DNA of 64,000 nt from Balanoglossus misakiensis (Eukaryota; Animalia; Hemichordata). The translations under genes were made by a program, and so were the position numbers. Positions 44,401 through 56,534 of this stretch are shown here, piece after piece. Within the stretch, counting starts at the first letter, position 1. Every line of letters starts with the position of its first letter. Under the pieces are notes generated by a model. It was given only the letters and a program-made list of their open reading frames with translations, searched no databases and was not told the origin of the DNA. Location: positions 1,116,001-1,180,000 of the forward strand of contig CM082577.2 in assembly GCA_040954595.2 (NCBI GenBank), in the 5' to 3' direction.

Positions 44401-46426
44401 GATCCCTGACATAATAACTGCTTACCGCGGTTACCTTTCTTAGGGGCATCCTGTGGCCGGAAACATTACAGTGGTTGACCTGTTTGGGTCAGGGACATGG
44501 ATGACATCTTGCAGTGGTTGAGTTGTTTTGAGTTTAGAGACATGAATCAGGGCAGAGAGAATGGGGGGACATGGGTGGAGATATCAAGTTGTGAGTCTTG
44601 GGATATGGGTGGTGGGTGTCAAGGAGGGCCTGGGTGGGTAGCATTGGGGTTGGAGATGGTTGGATAGTGACTTGTTTGGGGCTGGGAGACATTGATGGAC
44701 AGGGTAGTTGGGAAGGACGCATGGGTATAGGTGGACAGAGTTTATTTATAGACACTGCCATGACACCTGTTGGAAGTGGATAGTCACTTGGTTTCAGCAG
44801 AACAAATACTGTAATTGGAATGGAGTTAGATTTTTTGACAATAGCTTTGTGTCGTAGACTGTTATGTTTCAGAAATTTCAATGCCATGAAATGTAACCAG
44901 GATAGTGCACCTCTAAATAAAAATACACTCGAGTCTGATGTTTCATTGTGGATTGAAAAAATGGCTCCTATTTCGTCTTTTCTCTACGGGTTAGGTTCGG
45001 TCATTGAAAGTGAAAACCACACCGAATGTTTGCTCTGTTCCAGTTATAAACACAGATTTCGTTTCCTTTTTCATTTCCGTCCCACATCAATGTTCTCCAT
45101 CAATCTCTTGTGATGTAAAGAAAAAAAATATTGGCAGGTCAATAGCCTACCATAACTTCCTCAAGAAAATTCAATTTCCGTTTCTTTCTTCGTAGGAATT
45201 TAGCTGTGACAGGGACACCTGTCAAGCCTTCTAATGATTACACATGTACAATCAATACCAGTATACACATTTGGTGATATATCTTATCATGTGTCATTCA
45301 TGTCAATATTTCTGTCATTCCAAGAATTGAACTGATCGCTTTGTCACACACGCTTGACATTTTTGTTCTTAACAAGTGTAAGTGTGCGTAACCACTCTCA
45401 AGTATTTTTTTATTATGGTGCGATTCTCTTCTCTTTGGAGCAGTTTGTTATTAATCTCACGCTGCTTAGTTTACACTCACAGCAATTTGAGATGTGAGTG
45501 GTAGTGGTTTCACCAGTGGTTGTGTGCAACCTTTGAACTCAAATGAGCATGCTTGGAGACACGTAGACACACACACCCACACACAAGGATACAGAGCAAT
45601 GTGAGAATCAGACAGTAGGCTTGATTTGAAGGATTGTAATCAGAAGCAATCAGAAATAGTTGAGTTAGTAAAATGGGTTAGTTTTGGTTGTGAAGTACAT
45701 AGCTGATTTTACACTTGAGTGAAATGTCAATGCTGTAATGTTTTTTTTTTCTGTTGTTTAGATTGGATGAAGATGGCAAAGTACTGACACCAGAGGAGAT
45801 CTTGTACAGATCAGTCCAGGCAATCAATCTTACACACGATGCTGCACACACACAGATGGATGTGAAGTTCCGATCTCTCATATGCCTGGGTCTCAAGTAA
45901 GTAACAATCTGATTAAAACCAGACGTAGAGTTGGCTCCATCTTTACATTTGCTGGTTCTTGCACTTTCTCAAGCCAATCAGAGGTTTCATTGATGACTCT
46001 TTTTCTATTTCAGTGAGCAAGTACTTCATCTGTGGCTCGAAAGCCTTTGTGCCAGCGAGACTATTGTTGAGAAATGGTATCACGGTTGGTCATTCCTGCG
46101 TAGTCCTGGCTGGGTCCAAATCAAATGTGAACTACGAATACTGTCCAAGTTTGCTTTCAACTTGTCTCAAGATTATGAACTTCCCAGGAAAGAGGCAAGT
46201 CATTCATTGCAAACATTTTGATTTAGCCATGTAGACATCAGTGAGGTATAGTCATATGTAGCATTCTTTTCTGTGAATCAGTAGTGAATCATCCGCAAGC
46301 CTTGTTTATGCTACAAGTATAATTAATCTTACCATCTCTATTGCTTTATAGGTTTCACAACCCCTAAAGGAGAGTGTACGAGACATGCTGGTCAAGCATC
46401 ATCTTTTCAGTTGGGATCTAGACTGA
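29407..46426 (+). CDS. SGSM3: Small G protein signalling modulator 3 (RUTBC3; TBC RabGAP, SH3 and RUN domains), ~20 coding exons; true start uncertain (conserved Met ~29505)
   Basis: [19 protein letters not shown]; FRYDEFGF; QIEK|[15 protein letters not shown] (TBC R and Q fingers); [32 protein letters not shown] (SH3); RUN region; ends [15 protein letters not shown]. Confidence 0.95.
30417..30627. mobile_element. Degenerate MITE-like insertion in an SGSM3 intron (possibly hAT-type)
   Basis: CAGGTTCAAA...TTTGAACCT inverted ends and an internal TAGCCCTTGGGCTA palindrome; no clear TSD. Confidence 0.3.
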
Positions 46427-48907
46427 TTACGCCTCCCTTCTCCTCCATGCGAAAAACATATCATTTTTAAATTATTATTTTATGTGATGAACCCTGCAAA
46501 ACATACAGCGCGTTTGTGTATGTCAAGTGCATGACCAAACTGAAGCTGAAAGATGTGGCCTGATTGGTCCATTGCCATGGTTTGATCATGTGTCATCCAA
46601 TCAACAAGCAGCTTCTGTTTGGAGCTTGATGTTGATGACATCATGAATTGATAAGTCACACTCAGCACAGACAATGTTATGATGGAAATTCCATAAACTT
46701 CCACTTTGGTGTAAAATTTCTTGAATCACACACAGAATGATAGAATATCAAAATACATGTAGCTTCTTCAGGTGTGCTCATTATAGGAGCCCCCATCCCC
46801 ACCCCCACCACCACCCCACAGTACCTAGATCCCCGAAACAGAAAACCAACAGAATACTAGGGTTCATAACCTAAAGATAAACAAAGCTTTTGTGCTTGAT
46901 TAAAAAAAGGTGTCCTGTCTTGAGATGGTAAATTTGGATGTAAATAATTAATTAAAAAAACATACTATCCTCTGGAATTTTAGCTTGACCACTTTTACCA
47001 TTGAAGAGGCATATTATATCTGCCATCTTGTCACTGCCACTTTTAAGAACCTTGCACGTTTTAAAAACAATCTCAATACTTCAAATATCATTTAGCATGT
47101 TTTTCTGTCGATTAAAATATACCTTAAACTGCAATCACAAAAGGTCATCAATCATAAAGTATGTATATGTGCTAAATGTAGTGTTATTGTTCTTTCTTTA
47201 TGGCGATGCTGAATGATTCAAATTGTTAAGCAACAGTCGCTAAGTGTAATTTGCAAAATCAATGGAAATAGGAAACATGCTAGAGGTAATTGAACTGTAC
47301 AGTATCTGTTAATGGAGACATGGTTTTTGCAAGACAAACATCCACTCGATTATAAAAAAGTTTGAAAAGTTTTATGGTGGAATCTAGTAAGCATTACACA
47401 GTTTTCAGGAAAGTATGGTTTCTTCTTTATCATAATATATAAAACCACATTTCGGCTATAAATTGATTGAAAATTTAGATGTATTGAATATCTTCAAAAT
47501 ACTTTGAGCTAAAAAGTCTGAAAAATAAAGAAACAAGATTTTTCAGGTGCAACATTTGGAATCTAGCCAGTGGTAGCTATAGCAACCAGTGCGGCTGTTG
47601 AAGTCTTCGGTATCTATAGTAACTGTGAATATGTAAAAAAGACGGTGTATATTGTAATGTTTTTGATAGAGGTAGTTGTGATTTCTAGAGGTAGCAGGAT
47701 ATTTGTGATCAGTAAAACAGATCATTCCTCTTTTGAGACGGGATGGACAAGGAAGGGATAATCCTTAGTCTCAGATTTACTGATTGTCAACAAATCCATC
47801 TGAAAGTGTCTTAATTATAATTTTCTGTCAACTCTATCAAGAACCCCACAGGATAGCATTGAGATATAGCACATGGTAATGTGGGCTTTGGGTGTTTGCT
47901 CTTCCTTCTTAAATCATTTCTCATGTATTCAGTCAGAGCTTATTGTGACAAAACAGTTTTCCTGCTAAAAGTTTTTTTTAAAGGCACATAAAGAAGAAAA
48001 ACATACTTCTATCAAAATATGTGAAATTTAATTTTAATTTTAAAAAGTAATTTAAATATACAGTAGTCATGATGTCCCCAGCCAGGCTTGTCAACTTTTT
48101 TTGACCCTACTTTGTTCTGAATGTGTGCTCAGTCTCTGTGCAGTAAACTTGTAATGACAATTAAACTTTGTTGGCCAATCAGATGGCTGTTCAGCATTTG
48201 TTTGTTATAATATGCCATGGCATGTGGAAATGGCTGTTCTGTGATACACCATAACTCCAAAAAAAAAAACATTTATGTCAGCATATTATCTTTTTTCACC
48301 CTGGCCTGAAAAGATTGATGATATGAATAAAGGTGCCTCTGATTTGTCATCAGCCATGACATTTTTATTCCAAAGCTTGGGCCTGGCCACGTCAGTGTAA
48401 AGGTAACAGGTACATATACATATTCATGTATTTTTAGCCATTATTTATTGTTGTCATTATGTGTAGCATTAAAGGGAAATGCCTTTGTCAATGATAAAGG
48501 GGAATTAGTCAACTGAAAGTAGTCGTCTGTGCTGTGTGGCACTGGTTGTTATATTCTGTTGGTCTGTCAGTGTGCACACACTGAAAAATGCGAGAATTGA
48601 AATAAATGCATTCAACAGTATTGATTCTTGTCAGTCACGTGACATCGATTTGCTAATACGTCTTCTCTTGTTTTGGTAATGGTATTATTGAATGAGTTTT
48701 TGGCCCTTTCAATTTTTGGCGGGATTTCATTCCACATGTATTATTGCATGCAACTTAACTGCATAAACGAAAAGCTTCAATCATATTATACGATCGACGC
48801 GACTGCAGTGTCAAAAGTTTACCAACATTCCGTACTAAAAAATGCTTATTATATATAAATTATATTTATAAAATACGTTAATTTAAGAAATTAACTGATC
48901 GGTAGTT

Positions 48908-48943
48908 CTCTTTTGAGAGAATGTGGTGGCCCTTAAAAGGGCC
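48908..48943 (-). terminator. Histone 3' stem-loop and histone downstream element
   Basis: Minus strand CCAAAAAC-GGCCCT-TTTA-AGGGCC-ACCAC (stem-loop 48943-48928), then purine-rich CAAAAGAG (48915-48908). Confidence 0.92.
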
Positions 48944-48991
48944 GTTTTTGGTTTGGGTGTGAAGTGAACCCGGAGAGGAAGACCAGACCGC

Positions 48992-49540
48992 TTATTTCTT
49001 GGCGGCTTTGGCCTTCTTTGGTTTGGCTGCCTTCTTGGCGGCGGGTTTGGCTGCTTTCTTTGCCGGTTTCTTGGCTGCTGGCTTGACCTTCTTTGCTGGT
49101 TTCTTTGCCTTCTTTTCGCCCTTCGCCTTTGGTTTCTTTGCTTTTGGTTTCTTGGCCTTAGGCTTCTTTGCCTTGGGCTTCTTGGGTTTCTTTGCCTTTG
49201 GCTTCGCGGGCTTCTTTGCCTTCTTGGGTTTCTTCTCAACCTTAGGCTTGGCGCCCAGCTTGAAGCTTCCAGAGGCACCCTTGCCTTTGGTTTGGACAAG
49301 AGTTCCCTTAGCAACACCACTCTTGAGGGCACGGCGGATGTGGGGAGCGAGTTTGGCGACGTCAACTTTGTAGTTGGCTGCGATGTATTTCTTGATGGCC
49401 TGCAGCGATGAACCGCCACGCTCCTTCAAGTTGGCGATAGCAGCAGCAACCATTTCGCTGGTCTTTGGGTGTGCTGGTGCTGCCCTTGGCTTCTTGGGCT
49501 TGGCTGCCTTTTTGGCTGGTGATTTTGGTGCGTCAGACAT
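48992..49540 (-). CDS. Linker histone H1, intronless, 182 aa
   Basis: Globular domain [47 protein letters not shown] flanked by K/A/P-rich tails. Confidence 0.98.
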   Translation of the reverse strand: MSDAPKSPAKKAAKPKKPRAAPAHPKTSEMVAAAIANLKERGGSSLQAIKKYIAANYKVDVAKLAPHIRRALKSGVAKGTLVQTKGKGASGSFKLGAKPKVEKKPKKAKKPAKPKAKKPKKPKAKKPKAKKPKAKKPKAKGEKKAKKPAKKVKPAAKKPAKKAAKPAAKKAAKPKKAKAAKK

Positions 49541-49610
49541 GATGAATACTTCTACAGGTTTCCTATGTGGAGTCCAAGAGAATTCTGAATTTCCCGCTGT
49601 TTGCTCCGTA

Positions 49611-50049
49611 ATTTATTCACTCTTCGCGGACGTCGAAGGAAACACCTTGTTGTAGTAACAAGAAGGTCCACTCGGGTCACGTCCAGGTACAGCAAAATGT
49701 GTTTCCAACTTTTTTCTGAATGCATCGCTCACCAAAATTAACTACTTTCCTGAGATGGTTCCCGTCTTTTCACGTAGTAGAGAGTCTAAGCTATCAATTA
49801 CTGTCAAAACATTGGTTTGTTTTCATCTTTTTTGAATGGTACGAAGGTGTGAACGAGGTGTGAAGTGGATGTGAAAATACATGACCTTAAATTTAAGTTA
49901 AAATTTTCACGCAAATGAACATTCTGGTTTAATATTTTTGACAGTATATAAGTTTTTGGAGTTTTCTCTCTTCATTCTTACTGTTTGTTTCTGTGAGATG
50001 ACACATTTTGAACGAATTTTTCGACTTTCAAAAAATGGTGACAAACACA
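49611..50049 (-). promoter_or_regulatory. H1 promoter: TATA-like element, HINFP/H4 box, H1 (AC) box and upstream TG box
   Basis: Minus strand: GAATAAAT 49618-49611; ACGTCCGCG 49633-49625; AAACACA 49704-49698; TGTGTTT 50049-50043. Confidence 0.65.
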
Positions 50050-52878
50050 GTTCGGCCATGTTTTGTCCTCGGAGTCAATCTTTTGCCTCGTCCACTTGGC
50101 AGTAACTGTCCCCATTTTATTTTATTTATCGAAAGAAGTCATGGCCATATTTCATAAAAATAACGAAATGACTCCAAGAATCGTTATTTTTGCCTAATAC
50201 ATAAAAATATTCATTACACTAAATAATATTTGGCAATATACGTATATTGTTTACGTGGGCTCTGGCACCCTCGCGATATGCAGCATAGGGCTCATATTGT
50301 GCACATGACGCGAGCGAAAAATGTTTTCCCATTTTTGGAGGGCAAATTATTAGATTTGCTATATGAGGGTGTTATCAACATGCAGTGCATCTAAAGCGTC
50401 TTTGAGCGTTTCTTCAAATGTCGAGATAGCTATAGCTGACTGATGATTGCATTGAATGTGAAAGTCCACCGACAATCGACATTCTGGGACGTGAAGGATT
50501 TGGATGTCGATGTCGATATTTTTCTTGCTTCACAACAAAATCTATAAAGATGGCACTTACTAATAGCGCATATATCGCAACGACGCTTTCCTTAGTAAGG
50601 ATGTTGAGATTGGGCCCCGCTTTTAGGGGCTTCGTAGAGTAAATGCGACGTTGAATGTTTATATTGGTCGATATTTACGGTCCAGGCCGCGGTCCAGGGA
50701 CCTGCGAGTTGAAAGGGGCTCCATAATGGAACCCATTTTGCAGATCGCGATCGCGTACGCCTAATATTTTCTCACGCCCGATTGTCTAAACTCTTCGCAT
50801 ATAAACACTGATGCAAATTTGGCATATCAGTCATATGCAGAAATAACTCACGTCCCCCTACTTGAATAATTCACGGTTTTATTTCGCATTTTTACAGAGA
50901 AAATTATTATTTTAACTCTCATTCCGAGCCACGTTCGTCCATTCATCTCTCCATTTGAACATCCCGCCAGTGTCAATAAAGAATTGCTCTTAAATCGGAC
51001 TGAGAATCAACATTTTAAAACATTCTGCGAGTTTTGTCTGTTCACTTTTAGGCCTACTTAAAATTGGTGCCACAATACACACTGCGAAGTAATGCATTGT
51101 GGGTGCACTGACAAATGAATGGAAATCCGAAAGGTGACTATCACGCGATCCCGGATCGCGCGACAGGCAATGTTTGTGGTCCCTGAACTTGGATCGTTGC
51201 CAATTCCATGATTCGTACACGAAATAAAATCACGCATCAAAAAGGACATAAAAACTGTACTACTGGTTTCCAGTTGAACTAACAGTGAACTTTTTTTCAA
51301 ATCGTGGGCCATTCTCAACAGAAACATTGTTTTCAGTTTGGAACAGTCTTTACAAAACAGCTTTCATCGATCAAACCTTTTAGCGCCAAAATAGATAAGC
51401 TTAAGTTTGAGCCTATCTGATAGATGCGCCATTTCCAAACTTCGTGCCTGGTATACTATAATTTTTGCCCACTTTAATGATGAAGCCAGATGTAAAGACG
51501 AACCCAGAAATACTAGGCATAAACTTAACGACAACACTGTCACAAATTGGTGCAATGCTCGCTTATTCCAGAGACCTACATAATATTGCATAATCTTTTC
51601 AATTGGCTCTATTTTGTGAAGTCGTTACGGTGAAATGAAAATCTTGTTCCCGCTTAAATAAAGGCGGGTCACATTTGGTTGGGAGACCATTTGATTTAGT
51701 TTGGATCCTAACAGAAAGAAAAAAGTGTTATTTCACAAGAGGAAAACGGTTACCGAGGACAAGTAGAACAAAAAAAATCAACGAAGACTAGAAAGAAAAT
51801 CTACCTATCGGTCAATAGAAGAACTTCATTTACTTTCGGCAAACATTGGCAGGCCATTTATAAAATGTCTGTGTACCACGTGACTAATTTCGGCAACCGT
51901 AATATTTTTGTATTGAAAAGGTATTATATAATACTGGCACTGTGACTTGCATGCAATGTCCTGTTCGATTTCGCCCAACATCATCGCACGACCTGCAGAT
52001 CATTATTCAACAACTGCGCCATTATGTAATGCATCATAATCGCTTCGAATTCAACTTGCAAGAATTGGCCTACAAACTGCAGAGTTTACTAGCGGTCAAA
52101 TACAACTGTGTGAGAGAATTCACATAAAGTACAATTGGCAACTGTAGTTGACAGATTAGGCAGCTTAATCAGTGCCAATAGTATTAAAGTTGAACTAGAT
52201 TTGGACTGACTCTATTTCTCCATAACAATTGCAACTCGCCATTTCAAATTGAACTTTCCTGATTAATGGCAACAACTGCTGCAATGTTTACTTCAATGTC
52301 CGTTATTGGTTTGTCTCCAAGAACAGCTGGAGAGAGAGCGGCATCTTTTAGGGGAATACACGAACCATAAAGGTCAAGAAAAAAACATTCTGTTCTCGAC
52401 ACCTGCTCTCATCAATTTCAAGAACTAATGAAATAATACGAGTTGTGTAACAACAACATAAATTTCGTGAACCACTGTTTCTCTGCTTCAGTGACGTATA
52501 CACACGTGACAAGTCTACTGAGAGTTATATAAGCGTGCACAGTTTTACGAACTATCGGAAATTTGCCCACAGCAAGATATTAGCATATTCCATTTTGCAT
52601 ATTGGCACGGTCTCTCTCTCCCTCCCTCCCCCGCTCTTGAGCTCTCTCCTTCCCCTTTCCCCCTCTCTCTCAGAAGCGCTGACAGGTCATCGACCTGCGC
52701 ACTGTTGACATTTCTTTTGTTGATAAACTTTTGTGTAGCCTAATATTTGCTGTTGGTTTGTCTCAACAATGAGAAATACACACTGTCCGGCTGATGCACA
52801 GTACCATGCATCTACAGGAGACGACACAGCTCGAAACATGCCAGTTTTTGTGTCCAGTCTCATGGAACCAGAAAATGT

Positions 52879-53010
52879 TGCTTCTTGCAGAATTCCGCTA
52901 TTGATTTCATTGAATGAAGAAAGCAATCCGTTCACACAGACCACCTGTTGCCCCTCAGTCAAAGATGGTTTCAACCAATCAGCAGTTTTGTTGCTCATTC
53001 CCACCCCTCA
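52879..53010 (-). pseudogene. Decayed non-LTR retrotransposon (CR1/L2-like) reverse transcriptase fragment
   Basis: *GVGMSNKTADWLKPSLTEGQQVVCVNGLLSSFNEINSGILQEA resembles the LINE RT segment GI.G..L.WI.SFL..R.Q.V.VNG..S....V.SGVPQGS; similarity is lost on both sides. Confidence 0.65.
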
Positions 53011-53607
53011 AAACACCAGACAGATGTTTTATTCCTGTTTGAAGTTTGAATTAGAGTGAGGATTGTTGAACTTCTCTCCAGTAACTCTAGTATTTTTCTG
53101 AAAATATTTCCCCTGGGTGCGTACTACATGTAACGTACATAGTGATAATGACGGTCATACTCATAACTAGTACCATCTTGATACATGCGAACACCAATGA
53201 TAACATCCTTCCAGATAACTTTCAACTTGAGACTTTAGTTTCAAACTGCACAGTACGATAAATGCACACATTTAGGCCTACCAAACATGGCATCATGAAC
53301 AATCCACACCACACCACAGAAAGCTCCCTAACGGACGCGAATTCAAAAGTAGGTCACGTATGATCCGTGCAATGTTGGCACTACCTCGCAATTCTCTCCC
53401 TACATGTTAACATTCTTTCAACCTTGACATGTTGCCAAACTAAACTCAAACCACGTTTCCGTGTCAAAGCTCACACACTTCATGACAATTCGAGCCAAGT
53501 CAATATCTGCTTGCATGAAGTAAAACTGTCAGACATTACATCAGACATTGCACATTATTGAGCAAAGCACCGTGGCAATCATTGGCAACGACGCCGACCG
53601 AGCCATC

Positions 53608-53666
53608 CACATCACATCACATCACATCACATCACATCACATCACATCACATCACATCACATCACA
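53608..53666. repeat. (CACAT)n pentanucleotide microsatellite
   Basis: About 12 tandem copies. Confidence 0.95.
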
Positions 53667-54670
53667 CCACAGCACCATTCCTGAAATTCTTCTAAATTTA
53701 CCGTGATGCAGGAGATCTTATGACATCTGTATATATCTATTTTGCATTTTACCATTCTTCGCAAAGTGTTGAAATCGGTAAAATTAGAAGGCATTCAGAT
53801 GTAATGTAATGTTCTACAAACAAGGAGATGAAATACTTTCATTCAAACCGTGCCCACGGATCTATTGATCAAAGTAGGTCATCTAAAAAACCCTGGGAAT
53901 ATCGGTCAGATTTTCATCCGCCTTTCCCCAAAATTCCTCCATCCGCATCAGAAACCTATCGGGCTCCTCTTATCTGATGCATTGCACACATTCTATCCAA
54001 AATATGCTAAAATGAAATACAGAACAGAAATCACGCTGTGATATAAATATATCACGTTTCTACAACCATGTCAAATGAAAGTGGGCCAAATGGGTCGTGT
54101 TTCGTTCCGCCGATCATGTCACTCAAATTACATCACTCCATGGTGAACTATTGCCTTTACAAACAGAATGCATTAGGCATGAAATTCATCCTGGGCAGTA
54201 GAGACCTATTTTGGATTAAAAATTACATCAATAAATTTGCTTAAGTTGTTCAGTCGAGTCCAGTCTATAATTACGAGAATATTGATGGCAATAGATATAT
54301 GTATCTGTCATTTGAGAGAAGGGATTCAACAGAAAGGACATATTTTGTGTGGACACAAACCTTGGACGTCAAAAGAAACCGGACAGGTACGATAAATCTG
54401 ATACAGTTATCCACTGAACTTCACCTAGATTTTTGCAAACCCGCGGGGGTTGTACGTGTCTTGGAATACCAGAACAGTTGATTGACATGTGACCGAATTA
54501 GTGTGAAATATCTGAAGTGTCTGTGGAATGACAATCCCCAGCGGTGATTGTAGATACTGTTTTGAATCAGAATTTATAATCAAGTGACAGTGTCCATTAC
54601 TGTGGTTACAAGTGAAGGTGGTCAGATAACCAACAAACAATGATGCAGCTGTTAAATGCTCCCAGCTTTA

Positions 54671-54728
54671 GTCTTGTCTGTCTGTCTGTCCGTCTGTCTG
54701 TCCGTCCGCCTGTCTTGTCTGTCTGTCT
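54671..54728. repeat. (GTCT/GTCC)n microsatellite
   Basis: Imperfect tetranucleotide run. Confidence 0.8.
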
Positions 54729-56534
54729 ATTGTCACCTAGGGAATTCCGGCACCGCAACTAGTAAACCCCATCAAAGACAACTATGTCGCTATGTAACTC
54801 AGTGGTGCATGAGAAACGTTAAAGTCGTAATCTATTTCAATGATAGATTAATATTTGGATAGGATTACCGTCGTTTCTAAAAATAAAGATGTTTTGAATT
54901 CTACAGCAAGGATGCCTACAGGAAAATAAGTTAATCTAACACAAGCATGGGTAGATACAAGGGTGTACAACTTAAGCGTCAAAATATCTTCCATTTTTCG
55001 CAGATATTCTTTGTATTCTACTTATCAAAAATATGTCCTTTATTTGAGTACACATTCTTTTATGATGGAATAGACAAGTAAATTTAACAGTCAAAGTGTC
55101 TCTTCATTTTCTGTCTATTTGACAGCCTCGACATTTGATGCCAGTTTTTAGCCAGATCTATCCAGTATAATCACTTTTGAATAACCGCCGATGTGTTTTA
55201 GACCTTAGTGACACCTTCCTGCGATAATAGAGGAAGAAAAACTCAGTTACACCTGTTTCAACACAATTGGAATATCATTAGAGCAAAACAAATGGCTGGG
55301 CGTTATATTTATTCACATTGAACACAAAACAAACTGTTTTTGCTGCAACCCAACCCTTATATTGAAAGGACCATGATAAGAAATTCCGAGCATATTTTGT
55401 ATTTATTTGGCGTACAATACCCGTTAATGTGGCATATGTGATAGAGAAGAACGTCTCCTTTCGGTCTACAACGTATTATGCTTAGAAAAAGAAAAAAAGC
55501 GAGTCATGGGCTTGTCTTATACATCACTAACAACATTCTTGGAATGTTTACGGGTGGCAGTATTCACCAGCTTGAATGGTTGTCCCCAAGCCACTTATTT
55601 CAACTCAATTATCGGTTTTGTCGCCTTCCGCAACAAAATGAAAAGAAGACCGCAAACGTTTTCATCTGTTTTCGTCATTTCATGGTCCCAAAAGGGTTTC
55701 GTGGGTCGGAAACTGCTTGGTCGACGATTTCATTGTGTGTGTATGTTTGTGGATTTTCAAAAGTGACCACGGCCTGTGTTAGTTATTTGGTTCGCCACTG
55801 TGAATGGTATACTTGCATACCAGAGGGAACTCAGACACGTGGCACTGGTGAAAATGATGCTGCCACAACTCGAAGAAGTTTAATAAATAATACAAAACCA
55901 AACCAAACAGTGTCATTGGTGTGAAAATTAAAACCGTAAAACAGTCATTACCGTTTCATTACAACCACCAAGTCTGTGTCAGAAGCTCTGAAACTTAGAA
56001 ACATAATTAACCGACTTTACGTATACGCCATTTTGATGACATACAAATCCACGACTCAAGGACAATCGGTGGAATTGCGTTGTCTTCTATCGAACTATCT
56101 TCATGGCCCTCACCGTCCAATATTACCGGAATCTTTATAAAACATTAGTTATTACATTTTTGTGCATTTTCTTTTGTATAGTTATTGTTTGAGTTATATA
56201 TTTTTCATCTGTGGTGAAATTAATCAAATATAATTCAAATCAAACTTGGATCATCGTTACGCTACCAATAACAGAGTGGAGAGACGGTGCCTGGACCAAA
56301 AGACGTTCGACCCTGAAAGTTGCTGAATAACAAAATGTCGAACGAACTGCGCTCTCCCTGGGGTGTGTTAGACGAAGGTGACCGAGGTTGCCGAACAAAA
56401 GCTGCCGTAGCTCCTTGTTCGTGTGTGCCTACGATGCGAGACGAACGACCCAGCCTTCACTCGAAGGAAACTACACAAAAATACATCATGCATGATTTCA
56501 ACGATTTTCAGCAAATCTTCCCTGTGTTCGTATT

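Noticed and set aside
48883-49655. Long alternate-frame and antisense ORFs over H1 (178, 124 and 93 aa)
   Set aside because: By-products of Lys/Ala/Pro codon bias in H1, which leaves other frames free of stops
53682-53798. Imperfect ~22-bp inverted repeat
   Set aside because: AT-rich with several mismatches and no TSD; probably an old repeat fragment that cannot be classified
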